Positions 19,030-28,669 of a stretch of DNA of 64,000 nt are shown here, piece after piece; position 1 is the first letter of the stretch; every line of letters begins with the position of its first letter. Under the pieces are notes generated by a model. The model made no database searches. It saw only the letters and a list, made by a program, of their open reading frames with translations, and had not been told where the DNA came from. The position numbers were made by a program, and so were the translations under genes. This DNA comes from Candidatus Bathyarchaeia archaeon (lineage in GTDB: Archaea > Thermoproteota > Bathyarchaeia > Bathyarchaeales > Bathycorpusculaceae): assembly GCA_038883775.1 (NCBI GenBank), contig JAVZLM010000003.1, positions 116,397 through 180,396 of the forward strand, in the 5' to 3' direction.

Positions 19030-20487
19030 GTGTTTATTATGAGTGTGGATTATGGAAAAATAGCGTTGGAAGAAGCTAAGAAAAAAGGCGCTTCTTATGC
19101 GGACATTAGAATAAGCGAAATTCTCAATGAAAGCTTAACCGTGAAAAACGGCGAGCCAGAAACTGTCAGCTTTTCACAAAGTAAAGGATTTGGCGTTCGT
19201 GTCATAGTGGGTGGCGCATGGGGTTTTGCTGGTTCCGTTGATGTAAACAAAGAGGAGATTTCCAAAACTGTTGATAGGGCAGTTAGCATTGCAAAGGCTA
19301 GCGCATTGCTGAAGAAGAAGGAGGCAGTTTTAATAAAAGAAAAAGCCCAAAAAGGCAAATACTCCACAAGTTTCAAAAAAGACCCATTCAAAATTCCATT
19401 AGAAGAAAAGCTAAACGTTCTTGTTCAAGCTGGACAAATTCTCAAAAACTATTCACCATTAATAAAGGCTTCCTATGCATTCTACCATGGATTTAGGGAA
19501 AACAAACTTTTCATGAGTAGCGAAGGCTCTCAAATAAACCAGCAGATAACATGGTGCGGAGGAGGCATATCCGCCATAGGCGTAAAAAACGGAGAAATGC
19601 AAAGTAGGTCTTACCCATCACCTTTTAGGGGAGATTTTGCAACAAGCGGCTACGAGTTTTTCGAATCCCTAGCCCTCGTCGACCATGCGGAGGAAGTTGG
19701 AAAAGAACTTTTGATGCTTTTTGAAGCTGAAAAGTGTCCTTCAGGGGAATTGGATTTGATTTTGCAAGGCGACCAGCTTGCGCTACAAATACATGAAAGT
19801 TGTGGTCACCCGACAGAGCTTGACAGGGTTCTTGGAACAGAGGCTGACTATGCAGGAACAAGCTTTTTGACGCCTGAAAAGCTTGGAAAATTTAGGTATG
19901 GCTCAGAAAAAGTGAACATTGTGGCTGATGCCACTGTTCCGAAAGGTCTTGGAACTTTCGGTTTTGATGACGAAGGTGTTCCAGCAAAGAAGGTCTACTT
20001 AATTAAGGAGGGAATTTTTGTTGGCTATCAAAGTTCTCGGGAAACTGCGGCTGAATTGAACCTTAAAGAGAGCAGCGGCGGAATGAGGGCTGATTCGCCT
20101 TTGGCTTTGCCAATAATACGAATGACAAACATTAATTTGCTCCCTGGAGAATGGAAGGCTGAAGAAATTGTCGAGGACACGAAGGATGGTATTCTCATAA
20201 CCACGAACCGCTCCTGGAGCATAGACGACAAAAGAGTAAACTTCCAATTTGGCACGGAAATCGGCTGGAAAATAAAAAATGGAAGCAGGGAAAAAATGAT
20301 TAAGAATCCAACATATATGGGAGTTACACCACAATTTTGGGGTTCCTGCGACGCCGTAAGCATGGATGACTGGAAAATGTGGGGCACGCCTAATTGCGGA
20401 AAGGGAGTGCCTGGACAAGTGATGTATGTTGGACATGGATGTGGAACAGCCCGCTTCCGCAAAGTGCGGGTTGGACTAATAAAGTAG
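19030..20487 (+). CDS. tldD: TldD metalloprotease
   Basis: HESCGHPTELDR motif, FGFDDEG, RMTN, CGKG.P.Q. Confidence 0.92.
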   Translation: MFIMSVDYGKIALEEAKKKGASYADIRISEILNESLTVKNGEPETVSFSQSKGFGVRVIVGGAWGFAGSVDVNKEEISKTVDRAVSIAKASALLKKKEAVLIKEKAQKGKYSTSFKKDPFKIPLEEKLNVLVQAGQILKNYSPLIKASYAFYHGFRENKLFMSSEGSQINQQITWCGGGISAIGVKNGEMQSRSYPSPFRGDFATSGYEFFESLALVDHAEEVGKELLMLFEAEKCPSGELDLILQGDQLALQIHESCGHPTELDRVLGTEADYAGTSFLTPEKLGKFRYGSEKVNIVADATVPKGLGTFGFDDEGVPAKKVYLIKEGIFVGYQSSRETAAELNLKESSGGMRADSPLALPIIRMTNINLLPGEWKAEEIVEDTKDGILITTNRSWSIDDKRVNFQFGTEIGWKIKNGSREKMIKNPTYMGVTPQFWGSCDAVSMDDWKMWGTPNCGKGVPGQVMYVGHGCGTARFRKVRVGLIK

Positions 20488-20502
20488 AGGGGTGAAAAGG
20501 TT

Positions 20503-21876
20503 ATGGTTACAGAAAGATTGAGGGAAATAGCTGAAAAAACCGTTAAGTATGCTGTTAAACAGAAGGCGGACCAAGCGCAAGCGTCAGCCTTTATGATGGA
20601 TAATTCTTTGACAAGATTTGCCAACTCTCAAGTGCATCAGAATGTGGCGAGAAAATCAGGCGGAGTCAATATCAAGGTTGTTTTAGACAAGAGAATCAGT
20701 ACAATTCAAGTTAACACTTTGGAAGAAAAGGAAATTGAGAAGGCTGTTGAGCAAGCGGTTAAAATTGCCAAGGCTTCACCTCCAAATAAGGAGTTCAAAA
20801 GCCTTCCAGAACCAGAAAAGTGGACGCCAATAAAAGGAGCCTTTGACGAGGAAACTGCAAACTGCGAACCCAAATATAGGGCTGAAAAGGTTAAAGAAGC
20901 CATCCAAACAGCCCACTCAAAATCCCACCTTGTGAGGGCTGTGGCTGGATACTTTAACACGGGCTCCCTAGCCTATGCAGTGGCTAACTCGCTTGGGGTT
21001 TCGGCTTGGGCTGAAATGTCCATAACCTACATGAAAACCACTGTTATTTCGCAGTCTGGAACCTCTGAAGGCTTTGGAACGGCTGAAAAATACTCTAGGC
21101 GTGTGAAGGATATTGAGCCATCATTTTTGGCTGAGAATGCTGCAGAAAAATCTGTTAAAAGCCTAAACCCAATCAAGCTTGAGCCCGGCGAATACGAAGT
21201 TGTTTTGTCGCCATTAGCCGTTTCCACCCTTATGACGTATATGGGCTACATTGGCTTTTCAGCCATACCATACCAGGATGGGCAATCCTTTGTCAAATAC
21301 TGCTTAAACCAGCAAGTCTTCGATGGCAAACTCACTGTTAGAGATGATGCGAGACACCCGAAAACGCTTTATGCCTTGCCAATTGACGGTGAAGGAGTTC
21401 CCAAAAAAGCTTTGAATTTAATAAATAAAGGCGTTGTTTCAGAAAACAGCATTTGCTACAACTCTTTCACTGCTGGAAAAGAAAACAAAAAGAGCACTGG
21501 ACATGCTTTGCCTCCAATTGGCGCATATTATAGTGAAAGACCAATGCCCTTCAACATGATAGTGGAGGCTGGAGACTCAACCCTGGAAGAAGCCATTTCA
21601 GAAACAAAACATGGCATATTCGTAACTACATTCCATTACGTAAATCCGGTGGAGCCCACAAAAGTCATTTTGACTGGACTTACTAGAGACGGCACTTTCC
21701 TAATAGAGAAGGGCGAAATCTCCAAGCCAATGGTTAACATGCGGTTCACTGACAGCATGCTCTCAGCTTTTAAGGAAATACCCTTGATTGGCAAGGATTT
21801 GGAAATGGTTGATGAAACAACTGTTCCAATGATGAAGTTGAGTAAGTTGCGCTTTGTCGGAATATCCGCCTACTAA
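20503..21876 (+). CDS. TldE/PmbA family protein
   Basis: TRFANSQVHQN, PGEYEVVL.P, DGEG, STGHA, TGLTRDG; follows tldD. Confidence 0.9.
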   Translation: MVTERLREIAEKTVKYAVKQKADQAQASAFMMDNSLTRFANSQVHQNVARKSGGVNIKVVLDKRISTIQVNTLEEKEIEKAVEQAVKIAKASPPNKEFKSLPEPEKWTPIKGAFDEETANCEPKYRAEKVKEAIQTAHSKSHLVRAVAGYFNTGSLAYAVANSLGVSAWAEMSITYMKTTVISQSGTSEGFGTAEKYSRRVKDIEPSFLAENAAEKSVKSLNPIKLEPGEYEVVLSPLAVSTLMTYMGYIGFSAIPYQDGQSFVKYCLNQQVFDGKLTVRDDARHPKTLYALPIDGEGVPKKALNLINKGVVSENSICYNSFTAGKENKKSTGHALPPIGAYYSERPMPFNMIVEAGDSTLEEAISETKHGIFVTTFHYVNPVEPTKVILTGLTRDGTFLIEKGEISKPMVNMRFTDSMLSAFKEIPLIGKDLEMVDETTVPMMKLSKLRFVGISAY

Positions 21877-21890
21877 AATTTCTCTCTTTT

Positions 21891-22568
21891 TTATATTCTA
21901 AGTATTATTCCATCCACATACTTTTTCATAACTTCGACAAAACCAGCAATTTTTTCCGGCGAGTAGGGTTTAAGCGTACTAAACGTCTTGTCCAACGTGT
22001 CTCCTGGAATAAATTGTTGGAAGGCGAAAGTTTTTGCACCTTTAACAAGTTCGCCTATTCTTGGAATGTCTTCAGCGTCCACAAACCCTGGAACAACAGT
22101 TGTTCTAAACTCATATTCGATTTTGCTGCTTTTCAAAATTTCAACTGAGCGCAGAAAATCCTTTGTGTCTTTTGCTCCAAGCTTTGCATATTTTTCCAAT
22201 GAGCTTTTCACGTCTAAGGCAACATAATCCACGTATGGTAGGCTTTCTTCGAGGACGCTTGAATTAAGTCCATTAGTGTCAAGTTTGACTGCGAAGCCCC
22301 TTTCCTTAAGTTTTTTTAAAAATTTTGGGAGCTCCTTATAGGTTGTTGGTTCTCCGCCAGTTATGACTATAGCGTTCACGTATTTTTTTCGAGATTCAAG
22401 AATGTTAAGGGCTGTTTCTTCGTTTAGGAATGGGGGTTTTGGGTTTAAAACTATCCGCCAATTGTAGCAGTATGGGCAGCGCAAATTGCAGCCTGGCGTG
22501 AATAGGATTGAAGCTATTTTTTTGGGATAGTCTATTAGGCTTGTTTTTTGGATACCGCTAAACTTCAT
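21891..22568 (-). CDS. nrdG: Anaerobic ribonucleotide reductase activating radical-SAM enzyme
   Basis: SLIDYP...GCNLRCPYCYN, ITGGEPT, KLDTNG, EFRTT. Start placed at MKFSGIQK. Confidence 0.9.
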   Translation of the reverse strand: MKFSGIQKTSLIDYPKKIASILFTPGCNLRCPYCYNWRIVLNPKPPFLNEETALNILESRKKYVNAIVITGGEPTTYKELPKFLKKLKERGFAVKLDTNGLNSSVLEESLPYVDYVALDVKSSLEKYAKLGAKDTKDFLRSVEILKSSKIEYEFRTTVVPGFVDAEDIPRIGELVKGAKTFAFQQFIPGDTLDKTFSTLKPYSPEKIAGFVEVMKKYVDGIILRI

Positions 22569-22575
22569 AAGGCTT

Positions 22576-24702
22576 TCACTTGGCTGGAACAACAGCTGTT
22601 GGCACAACAACCGATTTGTCAAAGGTTCTACGTATGGCAAATTCAGCCTGTTTTCCATCATTCCACTGGTCTACCGGTCTCAAATAACCCACAACCCGCG
22701 AGTAGACTTCGCAGTTTGCGTTGCAGATTGGGCATTGTTTGTGTTCTCCGTTTATATAGCCGTGGGTTGGGCATACGCTGAAGGTTGGCGTTAGAGTGAA
22801 GTATGGTAGGGTTGTGTTCCAAGCCACCTTGCGGATGAGTTCCGCCGCCGTTTCCCATGAATGCAATCTTTCGCCTAAATAGATGTGGAAAACTGTTCCG
22901 CCAGTGTAAAGCGGCTGAAGCCGTTCTTGATGTTCTAGAGCTTCGAATAAGTCTCCTTCATAATCCACTGGCAACTGCGAAGAATTCGTGTAGAAGGGTT
23001 CTGCTCCCTTGGCTAAGTATTTCTCATTAGCCACAATTATGTCTGGATATTTCTTCTTGTCTATGCGTGCCAACCTGTAAGAGGTGCCCTCGGCTGGTGT
23101 TGCTTCTAGGTTGTATATGTTTCCAGTTTCTTCTTGGAAGTCTGCAAGTTTTTCCCGCATGAAATTAAGCACTTTCCTCGCGAATTCTAAGCCTTCTGGA
23201 GCTGCTATATTATAGCCGAAAAGGTTCATTATTGCCTCATTCATCCCAATCAAGCCTATAGTTGAGAAGTGGTTTTTCCAGTATTTTCCAAAGCCTTCCT
23301 TAACATTGCGTAAATAGCGTTTGGAATAGGGGTATAGCCCGTTTTCTGTTAGGTTTTCAAGGGCTTTACGCTTTATTTCTAGGCTGTTTTTGGCTATTTC
23401 CATAAGCGCTTCTAAGCGTTCAAAAAATTCGTCTTCATCTTTGGCTAAATATCCAATCCTTGGAAGATTCAATGTTACAACTCCAATGGAGCCCGTGAGC
23501 GGATTAGCTCCAAACAAGCCTCCTCCCCGTTTTCGCAGCTCTCTATTGTCTATCCTTAGGCGGCAGCACATGCTTCTGACGTCTTCTGGTTTCATGTCAC
23601 TGTTTATAAAGTTGGAAAAGTAGGGCACGCCATATTTTGCCGTAACTTCGAAGATTTTCTGAGTTATTGGCGAATCCCAGTCAAAATCCTTTGTGATGTT
23701 GTATGTGGGTATTGGAAAAGTGAAAACCCTTCCCTTAGCATCTCCTTGACCCATAATGTCCGCATAAGCCTGATTAAACATCTCCATCTCTTTCTCCATG
23801 CCACCATAATTTTCATCCATCACTTCCCCGCCAATAATCACTGGTTCATCTCGCATAAACTCTGGAACAGCTAAATCCAAGGTAACATTTGTGAACGGAG
23901 TTTGAAATCCGACGCGGGTTGGCACGTTCATGTTAAAGAGGAATTCTTGAAGTGCCTGTTCCACTTCCTTCTGGTTTAATCCGTCATAGTGTATGAATGG
24001 CGCTAGGTAGACGTCGAAGTTGCTGAAGGCTTGGGCTCCTGCGGCTTCGCCTTGCAGCGTATAGAAGAAGTTGACTACTTGTCCGAGGGCGGTTCTGAAG
24101 TGTTTTGCTGGTTTGCTCTCAATTTTTCCTGGGACTCCGCCAAAACCTGAAAGCAACAAATCCTTAATGTCCCAGCCCACGCAGTATGGTCCCAGTACGC
24201 CTAAGTTGTGAATGTGGATGTCGCCAGAAAAATGGGCGTCTGCGATTTCTGGCGGGTAAATTCTTGTTATCCAGTATTTTGCTATGACTGTTGAGGATAG
24301 GTAATTGTTTAAGCCTTGCAGTGAATAGCTCATGTTTGAGTTTTCGCGAACCCGCCAATCTTCAATGTCTAAGTACTGGTCTACCAAGTCTGCTGAGCTT
24401 AGGAGGGAGGCTAATTCGCGTAAATCTTGGTGTTGCTTTCTGTAGAGAATATACGCTTTAGCTGTTCTTGCATGTCCATTCTCTATCAGCGTTTTTTCCA
24501 CTAGGTCTTGAATTTCCTCAACTGTTGGAACTCCGTCCTCTCCGAAACGCTTCTTGAGCTCAGCCACAACTTGGTCGCTTAATCTTTTTGCTAGTTCGCG
24601 GTCTTTTCCACCCACAGCCTTTGCGGCTTTCCATATGGCGTTTGTTATGCGTTCTTGGTCGAAAGCCTCTAATCTTCCATCACGTTTTCTGACAAACTTC
24701 AT
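22576..24702 (-). CDS. nrdD: Class III (anaerobic) ribonucleotide reductase with ATP cone
   Basis: N-terminal VRKRDG ATP cone, RSMCCRL, EATPAEG, YSRVVGYLRP glycyl-radical motif. Confidence 0.95.
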   Translation of the reverse strand: MKFVRKRDGRLEAFDQERITNAIWKAAKAVGGKDRELAKRLSDQVVAELKKRFGEDGVPTVEEIQDLVEKTLIENGHARTAKAYILYRKQHQDLRELASLLSSADLVDQYLDIEDWRVRENSNMSYSLQGLNNYLSSTVIAKYWITRIYPPEIADAHFSGDIHIHNLGVLGPYCVGWDIKDLLLSGFGGVPGKIESKPAKHFRTALGQVVNFFYTLQGEAAGAQAFSNFDVYLAPFIHYDGLNQKEVEQALQEFLFNMNVPTRVGFQTPFTNVTLDLAVPEFMRDEPVIIGGEVMDENYGGMEKEMEMFNQAYADIMGQGDAKGRVFTFPIPTYNITKDFDWDSPITQKIFEVTAKYGVPYFSNFINSDMKPEDVRSMCCRLRIDNRELRKRGGGLFGANPLTGSIGVVTLNLPRIGYLAKDEDEFFERLEALMEIAKNSLEIKRKALENLTENGLYPYSKRYLRNVKEGFGKYWKNHFSTIGLIGMNEAIMNLFGYNIAAPEGLEFARKVLNFMREKLADFQEETGNIYNLEATPAEGTSYRLARIDKKKYPDIIVANEKYLAKGAEPFYTNSSQLPVDYEGDLFEALEHQERLQPLYTGGTVFHIYLGERLHSWETAAELIRKVAWNTTLPYFTLTPTFSVCPTHGYINGEHKQCPICNANCEVYSRVVGYLRPVDQWNDGKQAEFAIRRTFDKSVVVPTAVVPAK

Positions 24703-25145
24703 TTTTTCACCTCTAAAAGCACTTTGCGGAAATCTTCAGGCTCTTCAAATTGCCTATAAACGGAAGCAAAGCGAATGTATGCGATACGGTCAAGATTTTT
24801 AAGGTGTTTCATAACTAAATCTCCAATTTCTCTTGAGGAAACTTCGCTTTTGCCCATCATTGTTAACTCTTGTCTAACATGTTCTGCCAAACTTTGAATT
24901 TGCTCCATTGTCACGGGTCTCTTTTCGCAAGCTTTCTGCAAACCCCTAACAATTTTGTTTAGGTCAAAACGTTCAAGTCCGCCGTCTTTCTTTCTAACCA
25001 TTAATTCAACGACTTCCACATACTCATAAGTCGTAAACCGTTTTCCACATTCCTCGCATTCCTTCCTTCTCCTAACTGTGTTGTCTAGCGAATCCCTTGT
25101 TTCGAGGGTTTTGATGTTTTCAGACCCGCAGTATGGACATTTCAT
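24699..25145 (-). CDS. nrdR: NrdR transcriptional repressor
   Basis: MKCPYC...VRRRKECEECGKRFTTYE, ATP cone, AYIRFASVYRQF. Confidence 0.95.
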   Translation of the reverse strand: MKCPYCGSENIKTLETRDSLDNTVRRRKECEECGKRFTTYEYVEVVELMVRKKDGGLERFDLNKIVRGLQKACEKRPVTMEQIQSLAEHVRQELTMMGKSEVSSREIGDLVMKHLKNLDRIAYIRFASVYRQFEEPEDFRKVLLEVKK

Positions 25146-25162
25146 GGCATCACATTCGCTTG

Positions 25163-25211
25163 CTTCACAATTTAGTGTTTTTATAACTAAAGTAGACACT
25201 AAATGTAGAGT
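25163..25211. promoter_or_regulatory. Tandem candidate NrdR boxes
   Basis: ACACTAAATGTAGAGT (25196-25211) and weaker CTTCACAATTTAGTGT (25163-25178) versus consensus acaCwAtATaTwGtgt. They are 33 bp apart, directly upstream of nrdR-nrdD-nrdG. Confidence 0.6.
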
Positions 25212-25386
25212 TTGTTTATTTAAACGCTTTCCACAACAATGTTGCAATACTGAATTAAGCCTTTAGAGGAAAGCATGCTTTTATTAAACATAATTGCAGA
25301 AAACGGAAAATGGTAAAATAGGGTTTTTTGGGGGAAAAAGTTTCATTTTTTGGCTTTAGCTTGCATGTTTAAAATTTTCTATAAAA

Positions 25387-26589
25387 CTAAAGCTCTTTTC
25401 TCATGCCAATTCTTGACAAAACAAAAACTGCGCACGAAAATAGTAGCACAAGAGTGAAGGATGGAAAGACGCCGCTATATTGCAGATTTGTTGCGAATAT
25501 TAATCCACTAATTATCGGTCCAATTGTCTGCCCAACATCCATTATCATGTCAAGGAAACCCATGGCTGTTCCAACAAACTCCTTAGGTGTAAGCTCGCTG
25601 ATTAATGCTGGCGTTGCAGCCGTTACTGCTGCGAACCCAACTCCATAAACAACTGAAAATAGAAGAAGAATGGGAAATTTGTGGGAAAATGGAATGGCTA
25701 AAAGTGGAAATCCGCTGATTATACAGCCTACCACTATTGGAATTCGCCTTCCAATTTTATCTGAAACTCTGCCCATGTAAGGTTTGGCAAAAATTGGAAC
25801 AGCTATGAGGCTTGCGGTGATAATGCCGGTTAAAAGCCAATCAAAACCTATAAACTCTTTCAAATAGCCTGAAAGGTAAAATTCGAAAGCGCCATAAACA
25901 TAGTACTGGCATGCTTGAACTAGGCAGACCGTTAGAACTGCACGGTTTCTAATGGTTGTTCTCCAGCCTTGAAACATCTGTGAGATGATGTTTCTTCTTT
26001 TTCGAATTTGAGGAGTGTTTTCTTTGCTTTGAATAAGAAATGGCATGGCGGTGATTAGAGCAGTTAAACCAGCCACGCCTACAGCCAAGTAAAGCATGTG
26101 AAAATTGCTGTTTGTTATGGTTAGTATCGCTGCGCCTAAAATAGGTGCTATCCCCCTCCCGATATATGTTGAAGAGGAGAAAAGCGAAATTCTCTCCCCA
26201 ACTTTTGTTGGAAAAGCCTCAGCTATTGAAGCTTCTGCAACCGGGACAAAAATTGCTGTGGCAAATCCGTGGTAGAAGCGAACCATGATAAGCTGCCACC
26301 ATTCAACTATCAAAATGTAGAGGAAAGGCGCCGAAGCAAAAACAAAACCCGCAAAAAACAGGAACTTTTTCCTTCCAAGAATATCTGATAGTGAAGCTGC
26401 AGGCAAACTAATTAGTATTCCAGGAATTGTAGATGCAGCGCCCACGATACCGCTCCACTCTGCTGGGGTTCCTAGGCTTGATGCGAAGGGTTTTAAAACT
26501 GGGTTCTTTGACATTGTGGAGCTTAGGATTGCAAACATGCCCATTATACAAATTGTCCAGAAAAAGGTTTTTCTCGTATGAAAAGCCAT
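25387..26589 (-). CDS. MFS transporter
   Basis: About 12 TM helices; SDILGRKK and SDKIGRR motif A. Confidence 0.9.
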   Translation of the reverse strand: MAFHTRKTFFWTICIMGMFAILSSTMSKNPVLKPFASSLGTPAEWSGIVGAASTIPGILISLPAASLSDILGRKKFLFFAGFVFASAPFLYILIVEWWQLIMVRFYHGFATAIFVPVAEASIAEAFPTKVGERISLFSSSTYIGRGIAPILGAAILTITNSNFHMLYLAVGVAGLTALITAMPFLIQSKENTPQIRKRRNIISQMFQGWRTTIRNRAVLTVCLVQACQYYVYGAFEFYLSGYLKEFIGFDWLLTGIITASLIAVPIFAKPYMGRVSDKIGRRIPIVVGCIISGFPLLAIPFSHKFPILLLFSVVYGVGFAAVTAATPALISELTPKEFVGTAMGFLDMIMDVGQTIGPIISGLIFATNLQYSGVFPSFTLVLLFSCAVFVLSRIGMRKEL

Positions 26590-26612
26590 TAGGCGGTCAC
26601 TTTTCGGAATAG

Positions 26613-27128
26613 CTAGATTATTGTTTCCTCGTGCAATTTTCTTTTTAGAAATTCATTTTGTTGTCTTGGGCTCATTTTCGTTAATTCATCTTTATACTTT
26701 TCGCGGAGCAACTTAAGCTTGCAGTAGCTGTAAAGTGCATCATAAACGTATCTAGCTTTCTCAACAGCCTCAAAATCATCTTCTACATTAAACCTTGCTC
26801 CAGTCATTATGGCGCTTAACCCGAAGCCTTCAATAGCTCCTTTTGTGTCATGTGTGTCTGCTGAATGGACAATTTTTGCAAGTTCATGAAGAACAGGGTC
26901 CTTAATCTTGTATTCCTCAATTATGGTTTCGAAACTGCACTTTCCATTTCTGTGCCCAAGCTTAACCCCAGGAGCATCGAAGGGTATTGCGCCTTCTCTT
27001 TCTACAACTTCCACAATTTTCTCAGTTGGCACAAAAATGAATTCTGCTTCTGGGTCAATGAACTTTTTAATTAACCATGGGCATGCTGTTCTGTCAACGT
27101 GAACAAATTCACGAGTCACCCACTTCAT
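26613..27128 (-). CDS. ChrB-domain (chromate resistance) protein
   Basis: KWVTRE..HVDRTACPWLI.KFIDPEAEF, PFD, H...CSFE. Confidence 0.88.
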   Translation of the reverse strand: MKWVTREFVHVDRTACPWLIKKFIDPEAEFIFVPTEKIVEVVEREGAIPFDAPGVKLGHRNGKCSFETIIEEYKIKDPVLHELAKIVHSADTHDTKGAIEGFGLSAIMTGARFNVEDDFEAVEKARYVYDALYSYCKLKLLREKYKDELTKMSPRQQNEFLKRKLHEETII

Positions 27129-27229
27129 AACACTACACCCTTATCTGAAGTAAGCATATCTAATGTTAAAGTTTATCTTAATCAAGGTTCACCATAAACA
27201 TTTATTATAACTCAATTGCTCCATTAAAT

Positions 27230-28147
27230 ATGAAGAGTAATATGGCAATCCGGATTCGCAGCTTTGAGAACAAAGACTTGCCAATCCTTGTTAAACTGCT
27301 TAATGAAAAGTATGTAGGTTCATACGAGTTTGTCCCTTACACTGTGGATATGTTCCTTTCCCGCATTAAGGAGGATAACCTTACTGTTTTGGTGGCTGAA
27401 GAGAACGGCGAATTTTTGGGTTCTGCTGCATGTGCTGAACGACATTGGGGAGAAGAAATAGAATGGCTTGCCGTTTTCAAAATTTCAAACCAAAAACTCG
27501 TAAAAGACGCTTTAATCAGCGAGGTTGAGAAACAATCCAAGAGTGAGGCAATTTTCACAAGCGTAGACTCTGAAAGCCAAGAAATTAAAGAGTGGATTGA
27601 AAGGGGATATAGCCCTAAGGGCGGCATGTATCACATGGTGGCTAGGCTAGATGGGTTAAAGTCTCTTCCAAAAGTTCCGGAAGGTACAGTTCTCCGAAGC
27701 CTAAAGCCAAATGAGGAGGAAAAGTTTGTGGAAGCAGTCAACGCTGGATTCGGACATGAAAGAGTTACAATTGGCAGCATTGCAAGATGGAAAAGTGAAT
27801 CTCCACCGTTCGATGAAGAGTGGGTTCATGTGGCGGAAATTAACAATAAAATTGTTTCGGTTGTTGTTTCCAGACCAGACACAGAATACAACAAATTTTT
27901 CAATGGCAAAAGAGGCTATTTGGGTCCAGCAGCCACCCTTCCAGAATATAGAGGAAAAAATCTTGCATCAGCCCTAACATGCCGAGCCATGAACTTCCTC
28001 TATGCTAAAGGAATGGATTCCGTGGCGCTTTACACTTCGGAGGAAAACATTCCATCCATAACCCTCCTACAAAAATTAGGCTTTAAAGTGGGACATCACT
28101 GGAAGTTTATGCGCAAAAATTGGCTAGACAGTAAAGGGCAATATTAA
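27230..28147 (+). CDS. Tandem GNAT acetyltransferase
   Basis: PEYRGKNLASAL, N.PSITLLQKLGF. Confidence 0.82.
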   Translation: MKSNMAIRIRSFENKDLPILVKLLNEKYVGSYEFVPYTVDMFLSRIKEDNLTVLVAEENGEFLGSAACAERHWGEEIEWLAVFKISNQKLVKDALISEVEKQSKSEAIFTSVDSESQEIKEWIERGYSPKGGMYHMVARLDGLKSLPKVPEGTVLRSLKPNEEEKFVEAVNAGFGHERVTIGSIARWKSESPPFDEEWVHVAEINNKIVSVVVSRPDTEYNKFFNGKRGYLGPAATLPEYRGKNLASALTCRAMNFLYAKGMDSVALYTSEENIPSITLLQKLGFKVGHHWKFMRKNWLDSKGQY

Positions 28148-28195
28148 AAATTATTAAAAGAGTAAAGACGGAAATCGTGAAAATTTGTTGAAAAA

Positions 28196-28669
28196 TTAGT
28201 GGCTCTTCCCTGGAGCCGCTTTCTTTTCCACCTCTAATTCCCTCACTCTGGTTTCTATGAATTCGGCGACTTTCTCTTGACTATACCTCTTCTCTTCCTC
28301 TTGCTTCCTTAGTTGTTCTCTTATTGTTTCTAAAACTTTGTCCATGTCGAAGGGCTTCACAATGTAAGCGTCTGCTCCCCTGTTCACAGCTTCTATGGCA
28401 TTCTGCAGTGTTGGATAACCAGTGATAATGACTTTTCGCATTTTTGGCGTTGTCTCCTTCATTCGTGTTAGGAGTTCTATGCCTTCCATGTCTGGAAGTC
28501 TAATGTCTATTAGGGCTAAGTTGTAGAATTTTTTCTTTGTCTTTTCTATGGCAGCTTTTGCCGTTTCCGCCGAGTCAACCCAGTATCCTTCTTCTTCGAG
28601 GATTGCTGTTAAAACTTTTCTTATGTTTTCGTCGTCGTCAACAATGAGGATTCTAGCGGTTTCATCCAT
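28196..28669 (-). CDS. Response regulator (receiver domain + short helical tail)
   Basis: ILIVDDD, LIDIRLPDMEG, ITG, YIVKPF. Confidence 0.93.
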   Translation of the reverse strand: MDETARILIVDDDENIRKVLTAILEEEGYWVDSAETAKAAIEKTKKKFYNLALIDIRLPDMEGIELLTRMKETTPKMRKVIITGYPTLQNAIEAVNRGADAYIVKPFDMDKVLETIREQLRKQEEEKRYSQEKVAEFIETRVRELEVEKKAAPGKSH

